From contig CAWJKV010000002.1 of NCBI GenBank assembly GCA_963843555.1, forward strand, positions 256,001 to 320,000: a DNA stretch of 64,000 nt. Direction: 5' to 3'. Shown here piece by piece: positions 11,058-20,010 of this stretch. A program made the translations under genes and the position numbers. Position 1 is the first letter of the stretch. Each line of letters starts with the position of its first letter. The notes below the pieces were generated by a model. The model was given only the letters and a program-made list of their open reading frames with translations. It ran no database searches and was not told the origin of the DNA. The DNA comes from an uncultured Methanosarcinales archaeon. GTDB lineage: Archaea; Halobacteriota; Methanosarcinia; Methanotrichales; Methanotrichaceae.

Positions 11058-11459
11058 TCATTGCTTCTCTTCGATCACTGTGTACTCGTCTATGTCTATG
11101 ACTCGATCCTTTTGTCTTTTTTTGTTAGCATCCTTACTGCCAACACTGGCTTTCAATATGTCAAGCAGAATTGCACCGAGGCCGGAGAATGCCGCCAGCT
11201 TGAGAATCTGGCCGCTCGCCGTCAATCGCAGGAGCACCAAGCCGAATGCTCCCTTAATCAAGGTCTGGAAGAGACTGGGTCGACTGCCGGTTGTCGGCTT
11301 CATCAGACTGGATACGAACGCAATTATTTTCGAGCTCGTCGAGGGTTGCATGACCCAATTCATCAAACTGGTCAACGCCATCAACAATGCACCTCTGACT
11401 GTTTTACTGAGGAGAGCTGCGTCAATTGCGGCTTTCAATAATCTTGTCAGCGTTCCCAT
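11058..11459 (-). CDS. Hypothetical membrane protein
   Basis: Hydrophobic helices and a C-terminal VIDIDEYTVIEE motif; TATA-like ATATATTAT region upstream. Confidence 0.6.
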   Translation of the reverse strand: MGTLTRLLKAAIDAALLSKTVRGALLMALTSLMNWVMQPSTSSKIIAFVSSLMKPTTGSRPSLFQTLIKGAFGLVLLRLTASGQILKLAAFSGLGAILLDILKASVGSKDANKKRQKDRVIDIDEYTVIEEKQ

Positions 11460-11510
11460 TGCATCAATCTTTCTCTGTGCATCGATATATTATTATCTCT
11501 TCTGATTGGC

Positions 11511-11735
11511 TCACTCCTCCGGCCCGAACTTCTCCGGCCAGAGCGTTCTCTCCAGGCAGCGCTGTCTAATCATCTCTTCTGCTTCAACAACTGTGATGCC
11601 AAAGACCTCCGCCAGGATCTCTTTGGCCGCCTGAAGCTCCACATCTATCGAGTCTTTGCGGTCAATTCGCGAACCCTTGCCAGGCAAAATGGGGCGTCTT
11701 TTGGCTTTTCCCAGATTGTCGAGTAGCACTGCCAT
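11511..11735 (-). CDS. Small hypothetical protein, paralogue of 32747-32998
   Basis: Shares ELxAAKEILAEVF...ExxEMI..R...LWPxxF with the ORF at 32747. Confidence 0.75.
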   Translation of the reverse strand: MAVLLDNLGKAKRRPILPGKGSRIDRKDSIDVELQAAKEILAEVFGITVVEAEEMIRQRCLERTLWPEKFGPEE

Positions 11736-11780
11736 AAGGGAATTTATTCTGCATGAAAATTTAAGTACTTTGCTCTCAAA

Positions 11781-11852
11781 TGGACTTGACGGGATTCGAA
11801 CCCGTGGCCTCCGCCTTGCGAAGGCGGCGATCTACCACTGATCTACAAGCCC
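11781..11852 (-). tRNA. tRNA-Ala (CGC)
   Basis: Reverse complement GGGCTTGTAGATCAGTGGTAGATCGCCGCCTTCGCAAGGCGGAGGCCACGGGTTCGAATCCCGTCAAGTCCA, anticodon CGC. Confidence 0.97.
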
Positions 11853-11878
11853 AATTGTCGCCAAAACAATAGAGTGGT

Positions 11879-12148
11879 TTAGAGGAGTCCGACCTCTTCC
11901 ACTTCTACAGATTCTACACCAGCGAGCTTGCGGACGGATTCTTCTATTTCATCCGGGCTGTGGCCGCCCTTATCATCCATAATGGTCACAACTATCAAGG
12001 CCTTCAAGCCAAAAGCTATGGGCATCTCCTCGATAGCATGCATCCTGGCAAAGCTGGGCACTGCTTTCCTGATCTCTTCCGCCAGCTTGCCCAGATCCAC
12101 ATCTGTGCTCTCCGGCATAACCTTCATTCTTACCGCGGCGTCTCCCAT
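11879..12148 (-). CDS. ef1b: Archaeal translation elongation factor 1-beta
   Basis: KVMPESTDVDL, PIAFGLKAL and VESVEV motifs. Confidence 0.95.
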   Translation of the reverse strand: MGDAAVRMKVMPESTDVDLGKLAEEIRKAVPSFARMHAIEEMPIAFGLKALIVVTIMDDKGGHSPDEIEESVRKLAGVESVEVEEVGLL

Positions 12149-12159
12149 TCTCTCCTACC

Positions 12160-12330
12160 TCACGGTCCTGTGAAGCCGCAGGCTTTGCAGGTATAAACGT
12201 TGCTCTGCTTTTTACATCGGTTGCATCTGGCAATCACGGTTCCGCAGCTTGGGCAGGGAAACCTCGTCCCGCCCACGCCGGTCAGCGTAATGCCACATGA
12301 TATGCATTTCTCTGGCAGTTCTTCCTTCAT
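12160..12330 (-). CDS. Small zinc-ribbon protein (HVO_2753/DUF1610-like), missed by the ORF track
   Basis: MKEELPEKCISCG...FPCPSCG...RCNRCKKQSNVYTCKACGFTGP*. Four CxxC motifs; the usual neighbour of aEF-1beta. Confidence 0.92.
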   Translation of the reverse strand: MKEELPEKCISCGITLTGVGGTRFPCPSCGTVIARCNRCKKQSNVYTCKACGFTGP

Positions 12331-12373
12331 GTTATCTCCCTCCTGATTGATGTATTTCCCTGTATAAACCTTC

Positions 12374-13021
12374 CTATTGGCCCTTGATGACAGTGCCGCC
12401 TTTTCCCTCTTTCAAAGACCTAACAAACCGCTCTGGATCAGTGCCGCTCATCACCCAAACGCTTCTCCCTTTGAGGCGATCACATAGAAGGTTGAGGGTA
12501 CCCTGATCAATACAGCTCTCAAATCCCAGCAGGGAACTTGCAGATACCTCTTCAACCACCTTTCCATCCAGTATCACGCCATCCACATCGGTGGCCTTGA
12601 TGAACGGAGCAGAGAGCTGAGATGCCACAAGCAGGGCCACAGAATCGGATGTGTAGTCCCAGTTATGCTTCAGGCCGATCTCCAGGCCAGAGTTCTCTCT
12701 TTGCATGGACTGGTAGGGCAAGAGGATCTCCAGACGGGGGTTGCCCTGTGGACGGCGAATTTCACAGGTCAGACGGATTCCGGTTCCATCTGCCAGAAAA
12801 TAGGCATACTGCTCCATGGCCAGGATTGCCATCCAGTGCGCAGCCTCCTGGCTGAGTTCGCCGCAGGAGAAGATCTCTCGCACCAGATCAGCCATTGGCC
12901 CTCCGCCCGGGACCACCAGGAAGCTGTAGTCCTCCACCTCCGCGAGGGCTCTGAGGGCTCGCACGAGCTCCCGGGCACACGGCATGAGGCTCCCCCCCAG
13001 CTTTAGCACATAAAAGGGCAT
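12374..13021 (-). CDS. mfnE: Amino-acid-kinase family protein, probably the methanofuran biosynthesis kinase (MJ0458-like)
   Basis: KLGGSL, VPGGGPMADLVR, AHWMAILAMEQY, WDYTSDS and ATDVDG. Confidence 0.75.
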   Translation of the reverse strand: MPFYVLKLGGSLMPCARELVRALRALAEVEDYSFLVVPGGGPMADLVREIFSCGELSQEAAHWMAILAMEQYAYFLADGTGIRLTCEIRRPQGNPRLEILLPYQSMQRENSGLEIGLKHNWDYTSDSVALLVASQLSAPFIKATDVDGVILDGKVVEEVSASSLLGFESCIDQGTLNLLCDRLKGRSVWVMSGTDPERFVRSLKEGKGGTVIKGQ

Positions 13022-13269
13022 GGACAGGAGTAATCAGCCTATGGTATTTCAGCTTCGTTATTATGGGTGACGGCTTTGTTGCAAAAAGGTAGCCAAAGGC
13101 CGATTGGATGTAGGGTAGGGAGGGATCTTTGATAATCGACCTTTGCCGTACATCCATCCGACTTCAGTCGTAGATAAGCCTTTTGGTTGTGATAAATGAG
13201 ATATGAAAATGAGATAGAAATGGGACAGTATGGATAATGAATGAGATAACAATGAGGATAATGATTGAG

Positions 13270-13701
13270 ATGAAGAACGAGATTAAGACACCTCTCCTGG
13301 CGGTTGACGCCGTAATACTATTTCAGGCAGGAATTGTGCTCATAAAAAGAGAGAACCCGCCCTATCAGGGCTGCTTTGCCCTGCCAGGAGGATTTGTGGA
13401 GATCGGCGAGACGGTCGAAGATGCGGTGGCCAGAGAAGCTCGGGAGGAGACCGGCCTTGCCATCGATCTATTGGGTCTAGTGAGCGTCTACTCCGATCCC
13501 GGACGCGACCCCCGGGGCCACGTGGTCTCAGCTGCCTATCTCTGCAGAGGTATGGGCGAGCTCGTATCCGGATCTGATGCCAGATCGGCAGAGGTCTTTC
13601 CTCTGACGAAGCTTCCAAGGCTCGCCTTTGATCACGACAAAATAATCAGAGATGCTCTTCATCTGGCCGAACGCCTCGATGCATGCATCAAATTAAAGTA
13701 G
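13270..13701 (+). CDS. NUDIX hydrolase (ADP-ribose pyrophosphatase-like)
   Basis: Nudix box GGFVEIGETVEDAVAREAREETGL; RDPRGH and LAFDH. Start uncertain. Confidence 0.92.
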   Translation: MKNEIKTPLLAVDAVILFQAGIVLIKRENPPYQGCFALPGGFVEIGETVEDAVAREAREETGLAIDLLGLVSVYSDPGRDPRGHVVSAAYLCRGMGELVSGSDARSAEVFPLTKLPRLAFDHDKIIRDALHLAERLDACIKLK

Positions 13702-13702
13702 A

Positions 13703-15403
13703 GTGATTGAAATTAGCTGCTCGATGGAAGAGATCAGAGAGCTCATCGAGAAGTATGCGCTGCAGAACGCGGTGAAGTACAGGGCCGCCCCTAACGCCGG
13801 GGCGGTTATGGGCAAGCTCATGGGCGAGCACCCCGAGCTGCGCGGCCGGGCCAAAGAGGTATCGCCCCTGGTCAAAGAAGTATTGGCCGTAGTGGAAAAG
13901 ACCAGCCCAGAGGAGTGGCAGAAGAGGCTGGAGGCAATTGCTCCTGAACTTCTGGTGCAGCTCTCGGAGAAAAAAGAGCCTGACAAGGGTCTGCCTGCCC
14001 TGCAAGACGCAGAAAATGGCGTTGTTATGCGCTTTGCCCCCAATCCCAATGGACCGCCGACTCTGGGCAGCGCGCGGGGCATCATAGTCAACTCCGAGTA
14101 TGTCAAAAAGTATGGTGGAAAGTTCATCATCCGCTTTGATGACACCGATCCCGTGAAGAAGCGCCCCATGCCTGAAGCTTATGGCTGGTATCTGGAGGAT
14201 TGCCAATGGCTTGACGCCAAGCCGGATCAGGTTATCACAGCCAGCGAGAGGGTTGACCTGTACTACCCGATCGCAGAGGAGCTGATCCGCTGTGGCGGGG
14301 CGTACGTCTGCGGCTGCGCGCAAGCGGCCTTCAAAGAGCACAAAGACAAAGGAATAGAGTGCAGGCATAGAGGCCGGAGCGTGGAGGAGAACCTGCTTCT
14401 CTGGAGCCAGATGCTCGACGGGATCCTTGGAGAGGGCGATGCTGTGTTGCGGGTCAAGACCGACATGCACCACAAAGACCCGGCTATACGGGATTGGCCG
14501 GCGTTTCGCATCGTCACCGCCTCTCATCCGCTCGTGGGGAACAAGTATCGCGTCTGGCCGCTGCTCGATTTCGAGTCAGCCGTGGAGGACCACCTGCTGG
14601 GGACGACGCACATCATCCGGGGCAAGGATCTGACCGATAGCGGAAGCCGGCAGAGGTATCTTTATTCTTATCTGGGCTGGCGCTACCCCCATGTCATCCA
14701 CTGGGGCAGGGTCAAGATCCACCAGTTCGGATCCTTCAGCACCAGCAAATTAAGGAAGTCCATTGAGGCCGGGGAGTACACCGGCTGGGAGGACCCGCGC
14801 GTGCCAACAGTGCGGGCCATGCGCTGCCGGGGCATCCGGCCCGAGGCACTGCGCAAGTTCATGATCGACCTGGGCGTGGGCGAGACGGACATCAGCATCA
14901 GCATGGACTCCATATATGCCGAAAATAGAAAGCTGATCGATCCGGAGGCGAACCGCCGCTTCTTCGTCTGGGATCCAGTAGCCCTGGAGATTGAGGGCGA
15001 GGTGCCCGCGCTGGCGCACGCGCCCCTGCATCCCACTGCGGAGCGGGGCGTACGGGATATTCCAGCCGGGAACAGGGTCTTCATCTGCAAGAGCGATCTT
15101 GAAGCCTTCAAGGTTGGGGATAATATTCGGCTCAAGGATCTGTGCAATGTGGAGATCACTGCCATGGAGCCGGCAAAGGCGCGCTTCCTGGGCAAGGACA
15201 TGGGCAAGAGGACCAAGATCATCCACTGGGCGCCAGAAGATGGTGTGAAGGTGCGGGTGATGAGGCCGGATGGCATCGACGAGGGGATTGGCGAAGCAGG
15301 AATTGCCGAGGAGCTGGGCAAAGTTGTGCAGTTTGAGAGGTATGGATTTGTGCAGATCAATTGCCTGGGAGAGCCGATAGTGGCGTATTTTGCGCACAGG
15401 TGA
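13703..15403 (+). CDS. gltX: Glutamate--tRNA ligase (archaeal type)
   Basis: MRFAPNPNGPPTLGSARG, RFDDTDP, THIIRGKD, STSK and QFERYGF. Confidence 0.97.
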   Translation: MIEISCSMEEIRELIEKYALQNAVKYRAAPNAGAVMGKLMGEHPELRGRAKEVSPLVKEVLAVVEKTSPEEWQKRLEAIAPELLVQLSEKKEPDKGLPALQDAENGVVMRFAPNPNGPPTLGSARGIIVNSEYVKKYGGKFIIRFDDTDPVKKRPMPEAYGWYLEDCQWLDAKPDQVITASERVDLYYPIAEELIRCGGAYVCGCAQAAFKEHKDKGIECRHRGRSVEENLLLWSQMLDGILGEGDAVLRVKTDMHHKDPAIRDWPAFRIVTASHPLVGNKYRVWPLLDFESAVEDHLLGTTHIIRGKDLTDSGSRQRYLYSYLGWRYPHVIHWGRVKIHQFGSFSTSKLRKSIEAGEYTGWEDPRVPTVRAMRCRGIRPEALRKFMIDLGVGETDISISMDSIYAENRKLIDPEANRRFFVWDPVALEIEGEVPALAHAPLHPTAERGVRDIPAGNRVFICKSDLEAFKVGDNIRLKDLCNVEITAMEPAKARFLGKDMGKRTKIIHWAPEDGVKVRVMRPDGIDEGIGEAGIAEELGKVVQFERYGFVQINCLGEPIVAYFAHR

Positions 15404-15421
15404 TCTTTGAGACTGCAGAGC

Positions 15422-15760
15422 CTATTCTCGCAGCCTTTCTTTTATCTCTTTCATGACGTCTTCCAGATTCATTTCCATCGACTCCTCCAGTTGAGGAGTA
15501 TGTTTATGATGGGGAAAAGTGCGAAGATCATCATGATGGGGAGCGTTATCCCATCGTATTCTCATGGATCCGTTTTGATCCTGCCAGTGATAAGAATAAA
15601 GAAAACTATCAAGTGAACGATACTCTTTAATATACAGCTGACTGTCGTCGACCAGGACAACCTTTACGCGAAGAAAGTAGAAGCTTTCACCGCTCTTGAA
15701 GTCCAGGATTTCAAAGCTCTTGATTAGATTATCCTTTAGCGATTCTAAAGTCCGTCGCAT
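15422..15760 (-). CDS. DUF6516/TumE-family putative toxin
   Basis: YSYHWQ...IRWDNAPHH..LRTFPHHKH signature. Start at MRRTLES, overlapping the upstream gene. Confidence 0.8.
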   Translation of the reverse strand: MRRTLESLKDNLIKSFEILDFKSGESFYFLRVKVVLVDDSQLYIKEYRSLDSFLYSYHWQDQNGSMRIRWDNAPHHDDLRTFPHHKHTPQLEESMEMNLEDVMKEIKERLRE

Positions 15761-16016
15761 ATTCAATCTTTTTGAGCTTAGATTCGAGATCTTGAAGGCT
15801 GTCTGTATAGGCTTTCCACTCGATGAAATCATCCCAGAGTTCGAAATCCTCTGGAAGCTGGCTGATTCTTTCCTCGAAAGCCGCAATATCGCAGCCGTAT
15901 TTATTTTCGAATGACCTTATTCTCTCTTTTACAGGAGATATCTCGGAGATCAGTTTCAGTCTCTCAAATGTCCTTATGTCATCCACGGATACTACGATGC
16001 TCGCATCTTCGCTCAT
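15729..16016 (-). CDS. Putative cognate antitoxin
   Basis: IRSFENKYG....F...ELWDDFIEWKAY. Small acidic protein directly upstream of, and overlapping, the DUF6516 gene. Confidence 0.7.
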   Translation of the reverse strand: MSEDASIVVSVDDIRTFERLKLISEISPVKERIRSFENKYGCDIAAFEERISQLPEDFELWDDFIEWKAYTDSLQDLESKLKKIEYATDFRIAKG

Positions 16017-16049
16017 CAAAGAGTATATGAGGCCTTATAGTATAAATTT

Positions 16050-16140
16050 CATGCCTCCATTGCTTTGTTCTCTCATTGGACAGGGATTCCAGATAGCCGA
16101 CTATAGCCTCTTTGATGTTCTTCAAGGCCTTCTCTGCAAA
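16050..16140 (-). pseudogene. HicB-like fragment
   Basis: The reverse strand reads EKALKNIKEAIVGYLESL, the typical HicB helix. Confidence 0.5.
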
Positions 16141-16142
16141 AC

Positions 16143-16529
16143 CGACTGGAAGTTCCAGAAAGCAGCGGCCTATTGATGGCCAATGATGAGATCCTGACGA
16201 TAAAGGACCTTTTCGAGCTGCACCTGCCAGGAGCCAGGCTCGCCACCCTCTCAGCCTGTGAGACAGGAGTGCCAGGCACCAGGCATCCGGACGAGGTGGT
16301 ATCCCTTCCCTCTGCCTTTATCCGGGCGGGCTTCGCCGGGGCCATCGGATCTCTCTGGACTGTGTCCGATAAGAGCACAGCCACACTCATGACAAGCTTC
16401 TATCAGCACTGGCGGGAGAAAGGCATGCCGCCTGTGCAAGCCCTGACAGAGGCCCAAAAGGGGCTGCGAGGGGAAGAGAGGTTCCGGCATCCATTCTACT
16501 GGGCTGCATTCTATATGACTGGAGTATGA
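16143..16529 (+). pseudogene. C-terminal fragment of a CHAT (caspase-like) domain gene
   Basis: LATLSACETG, AFIRAG, SLWTVSD and HPFYWAAFYMTGV*. Lacks the catalytic-His region and any TPR N-terminus. Confidence 0.85.
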
Positions 16530-16750
16530 TCAAGGGAAAAGCGCAGCCGCCAGGCATATCTGGTCTACGAGCCGGTCAGGATAAAGCCTGCAGCAAACAG
16601 CGCCAGGGAGTGGTTGAAGGCATTCGGCATTATGCTGCCGCGGGGGATGGGCAGACCAGGTCTGTTCACGGCATCGATCACCTGGTCATAGTAGTCATTG
16701 ACAGCGTTCCCCGCGCTTGTGACCAGGAAGGCGGCAAATGAGATTATCGA
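16530..16750 (-). pseudogene. Internally deleted, diverged copy of the DGGGP synthase gene
   Basis: The reverse strand reads AFLVTSAGNAVNDYYDQVIDAVNRPGLPIPRG...SLALFAAG..., then a frameshift, then DQICLAAALFP*. The intact gene reads [25 protein letters not shown]...LAAALFP*. Confidence 0.85.
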
Positions 16751-16766
16751 TCGCCCCTTGAGAGCT

Positions 16767-17935
16767 GGTAGTCTACCTTAAATAAGTTTATATGCCTTCA
16801 TTGCATGATTTAATCGGGGAAAGCAATGAAGACAGATCGATTAGCTTTAGCAGGTTCGTTTTGTTGGAATAGAGACTGTCCTGGCTATGGCAAAGTAGAT
16901 CACGGAAACATAGTCCGGTATGGTCGCACCGACAAGGGCACGCAGCGTTTGAAATGCAAAATCTGTGGCAGAGTATTCGTAGGGAATAAAGGGACTATAT
17001 TTTATGGCTTGCATCATAGCCCAAAAGAAATCCTGGAATGCCTGGCTATGCTTGCCGAAAGGAACAGTCTGGCAGCCATCCATAGAGTAAAAGGGATAAA
17101 AGAGGAAACCGTTCTGGATTGGCTCCGCAAAGCTGCAAACCATGCTGAGGAGATCGAAACGTTATTGCTTGCTAACCATCATCTGACTCGTGTTCAGCTT
17201 GATGCCATGTGGACTTATGTAGGTCATAAGGGGGAAAAAGCAACCATCCCGAGGAGCCCAATCGAGGTACCTTCTGGCGAGGCACTGCTATAGATATTGA
17301 TACGAGGCTGAGGGTGGCACGTGCAATAGGAAAGAATGAGGAAGAAGTCGCAGTGGTTATGATGTCGCAAATAAGAGATCGCTGCAATCCTATTGAACCC
17401 CCGGCGATATCAAGCGACGGAAACGATAGCTATCCTGAAGCAATGCTTGAAACCTGGGGAAAGTTGCCTGAATACACAGGTCGAGGAAGACCTCCAACAC
17501 ACAAACAACCGCAACCTGGATGGAAATGCCTTCAAGTGACCAAGCATCGTTCTGGCAGCAGGTTGATTGGCGTCACTCACAAAGTGGTCTACGGCGATCC
17601 TAGCGAAGTGCCAGATTTTATGGGTCTTAATACCGCCTACGTCGAAAGGACGAATCTAACCTCGCGACAAATGAATGGAAGAATGGTTCGAAAAACACTA
17701 TCATTCTCTAAAGAAGAGGAGATGCTACGAGCATCTTGTGCCCTGGAGGACGTGGTATATAACTTAGCAAGACCGCTTAAATCATTAAGAGTAGAGGTCA
17801 ATAATGATCAGCGACGATGGGAACCCAGATCTCCTGCTATGGCAGCTGGCATAACTGATCATATCTGGACAATTGGCGAGATTATGATGATGTTAGCGGT
17901 TCCTGAGAGAAACAACGCATAATGGGGGGACTACC
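16767..17935 (+). mobile_element. IS1-family insertion sequence (1169 bp) with 8-bp target-site duplication TGAGAGCT
   Basis: Terminal inverted repeats GGTAGTC.../...GACTACC. TGAGAGCT flanks at 16759-16766 and 17936-17943. Confidence 0.92.
16826..17922 (+). CDS. IS1-family transposase (Zn-ribbon + HTH + DDE) with a -1 frameshift near 17230
   Basis: CWNRDC...CKICG and HTH, then DAMWTYV. The frame changes at GGGGGAAAAAG into TFWRGTAID...SDG...NTAYVERTNLT..RKTLSFSK. Confidence 0.88.
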
Positions 17936-17981
17936 TGAGAGCTGAACACATGCTGTAATCTTGTCTGTCATTCTTTGCTAA

Positions 17982-19007
17982 CTATAATCGGTTTCTCAAT
18001 TCATTCGCTTTGGCGACGGAAGGTATAATAATATTTTCTTCAAAGTAATCTAGTAAGCCTTCAGTATTTGAATAGTAATATATTTCTAGAACCCATGGAT
18101 AACATCTTATAGCATCGAACATTCCCCATGGGTCATGTCCTTCCTGTAATATCGGCTTAACAGGGACTGAGGGCAGCGCCGGCACTATAGACACAAGTTC
18201 CTGAGGGACGCTCTGTGGCTCTGTAATGTCCACAATAATGAACCGTGCTAACCGGGCAAGCAATGTAATTGTTTCAAGCGTGTTTCTTTCGGCTGGCGGT
18301 CTGAAATCGAACAACACTGGCAGATAACCAAAGTCTCTAAGTCTGTCTTTTATGGCAATAAGTAAGGGTTTTCTTGTATCTGTGAAACGACCCAGAATAA
18401 GTACGACTTTCTTCGCTACGGTGTCAATGACATCACGAATCTTTTCATTGTGAAGGAGAAGATAAATAAATTGTGCGACTTCAAGGTTATCAACTGTTAT
18501 CACAGGTTCGCTAAATGGGGTTATTATCAGATCCTTCTGAATGGCATCCTTCAGTTTTAGCCCCCAGGCAGACAATCCGTAGACTCTGCATCCATTAAGG
18601 ATTGATTTTTCGAGGTTGGTATCTACAAGAATAGTACCTATAAGGTCTGTTCCTGTTAGATCTGCACCACTAAGATCTGCACCAGTTAAATTCGCTCCAT
18701 TCAAGCATGCACCCGTAAGGTTTGCATTAGAGAGATTCGTCCAAAGGAAAAACACTCCGGGAAGGTTCGCCTCCGACAGGTTTGCCCCCTTGAGATTCGA
18801 AAAGCTTAACGTCGCTCCATTAAAATCCACCTTACAGAAGTTTGACCCTTCAAGATCCACCGATACACCACTAATGTGTGCTCCTGTGAAGTCTACATAT
18901 TCATCTGGATTATCCTCTCGCCACTGATTCCAAGCAGCCACTCCTTGTCGAAGGATATTGAGCAATTCCCTATCTGCCATAGAAACAAAAGGGTACTGAG
19001 TGTTCAT
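17982..19007 (-). CDS. Pentapeptide-repeat protein with a C-terminal TIR/nucleoside-deoxyribosyltransferase-like alpha/beta domain
   Basis: WNQWR, then A(N/D)L(S/T)G repeats. C-domain VLILGRF...GYLPVLFDF...ARFIIVDITEP.SVPQEL. Visibly AT-rich. Confidence 0.8.
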   Translation of the reverse strand: MNTQYPFVSMADRELLNILRQGVAAWNQWREDNPDEYVDFTGAHISGVSVDLEGSNFCKVDFNGATLSFSNLKGANLSEANLPGVFFLWTNLSNANLTGACLNGANLTGADLSGADLTGTDLIGTILVDTNLEKSILNGCRVYGLSAWGLKLKDAIQKDLIITPFSEPVITVDNLEVAQFIYLLLHNEKIRDVIDTVAKKVVLILGRFTDTRKPLLIAIKDRLRDFGYLPVLFDFRPPAERNTLETITLLARLARFIIVDITEPQSVPQELVSIVPALPSVPVKPILQEGHDPWGMFDAIRCYPWVLEIYYYSNTEGLLDYFEENIIIPSVAKANELRNRL

Positions 19008-19015
19008 TATATAAA

Positions 19016-19099
19016 ACAGGAGTATGATCAGGGGAAAAGCTCCGTATCAAGGAACGCCACCAGCGCCATGGCCATTCTCTTCTTTATCGCCTTCTGGGA
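19016..19099 (-). pseudogene. Second CHAT-stop/DGGGP-synthase-3'-end junction remnant
   Basis: The + strand reads ACA GGA GTA TGA (TGV*, the CHAT end). The - strand at 19028-19099 reads SQKAIKKRMAMALVAFLDTELFP* (intact gene: SQKAIKKGMAMALVAFLAAALFP*). Confidence 0.85.
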
Positions 19100-19242
19100 A
19101 TCATGAAGAGAAAGATGCTGACGAGCAGGAGAGGTTGAGACAGATCATTGTCTTCACTTGCGGGGGCACGCGCGCGCGGCGAGCGAACTTTCCAGCAGGC
19201 AACGACAAAGTCCAAATACGAAAAAGGATAACAATCAAAAGA

Positions 19243-19890
19243 ATGCTCAAGCTAACCGCCTATGTCTCCGGAAAAGTGCAGATGACCGGCTACAGGTCTA
19301 AGGTAGTGACCATAGCCAGGGCATTTGGCCTCAAGGGATATGTGAGGAACCTGCCTGACGGCAGGGTGAAGATCGTTGCAGAGGGCCCTGATGCCGATCT
19401 GGAGAGGTTCCTTAAAGCCGTCAGGATCAAAGACACCCTGATCGATGTGGTGGAAATCGAAGCGGAATTTTCTGATGCCACCGGAGCTTACGAAGAATTT
19501 TTTAAAATTGCGGGAGAGAGGGAGACCGACGCCCGCCCGGACCAGGCTTCAGAGTATCTCAAAGAGCTGATATCTGCCGTGCGAGAAGGATTCAGGGATT
19601 ATGGTTTAAAGCTCGATAATATTTGCTCTAAATTGGATAACTTAAACTCCAAGCTCGATGGTATGGGATCCAAGCCGGATAGCGCGGATTCCAAGCTGGA
19701 TGGCATGAGCTCCTGCTTAAAAGAGATCTCAGGTAAACAGGATCAAATTATCGATACGATAGACGACGCCCGTGGGGAGGTCGTCTCTGAGATTCAGGGC
19801 ATGCGCTCGGATCTGAAGGGCCGCACAGAAGAGAGGCTGCAGAGGATCGAAAGCGATGTGACGGAGATTAAGGCCAGAATGAGGTCTTAA
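19243..19890 (+). CDS. Acylphosphatase domain protein with a C-terminal coiled coil
   Basis: VSGKVQMTGYR, GYVRNLPDGRVKIVAEG; heptads KLDNICS/KLDNLNS/KLDGMGS/KPDSADS/KLDGMSS. Confidence 0.88.
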   Translation: MLKLTAYVSGKVQMTGYRSKVVTIARAFGLKGYVRNLPDGRVKIVAEGPDADLERFLKAVRIKDTLIDVVEIEAEFSDATGAYEEFFKIAGERETDARPDQASEYLKELISAVREGFRDYGLKLDNICSKLDNLNSKLDGMGSKPDSADSKLDGMSSCLKEISGKQDQIIDTIDDARGEVVSEIQGMRSDLKGRTEERLQRIESDVTEIKARMRS

Positions 19891-19909
19891 CTCTCCGTCG
19901 CGATTGACA

Positions 19910-20006
19910 GATGGCCAATGATAAGGTTCTGACGATAAAGGATCTCTTCGAGCTGCACCTGGTAGGAGCCCGGCTTGCCACCCTCTCTGCCTGCGAGACG
20001 GGCGTG
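19910..20006 (+). pseudogene. Third CHAT fragment
   Basis: MANDKVLTIKDLFELHLVGARLATLSACETGV, a diverged copy of 16176-16271, truncated just before the DGGGP synthase stop. Confidence 0.85.
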
Positions 20007-20010
20007 TTAT

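Noticed and set aside
6174..11852. Integrated element between or at the two tRNAs
   Set aside because: No duplicated tRNA 3' end and no integrase seen; the intervening genes look like ordinary chromosomal genes.
19024..19242. N-terminal extension of the acylphosphatase ORF
   Set aside because: It is open-frame read-through across the antisense DGGGPS remnant and a GC-rich patch; the domain starts at 19243.
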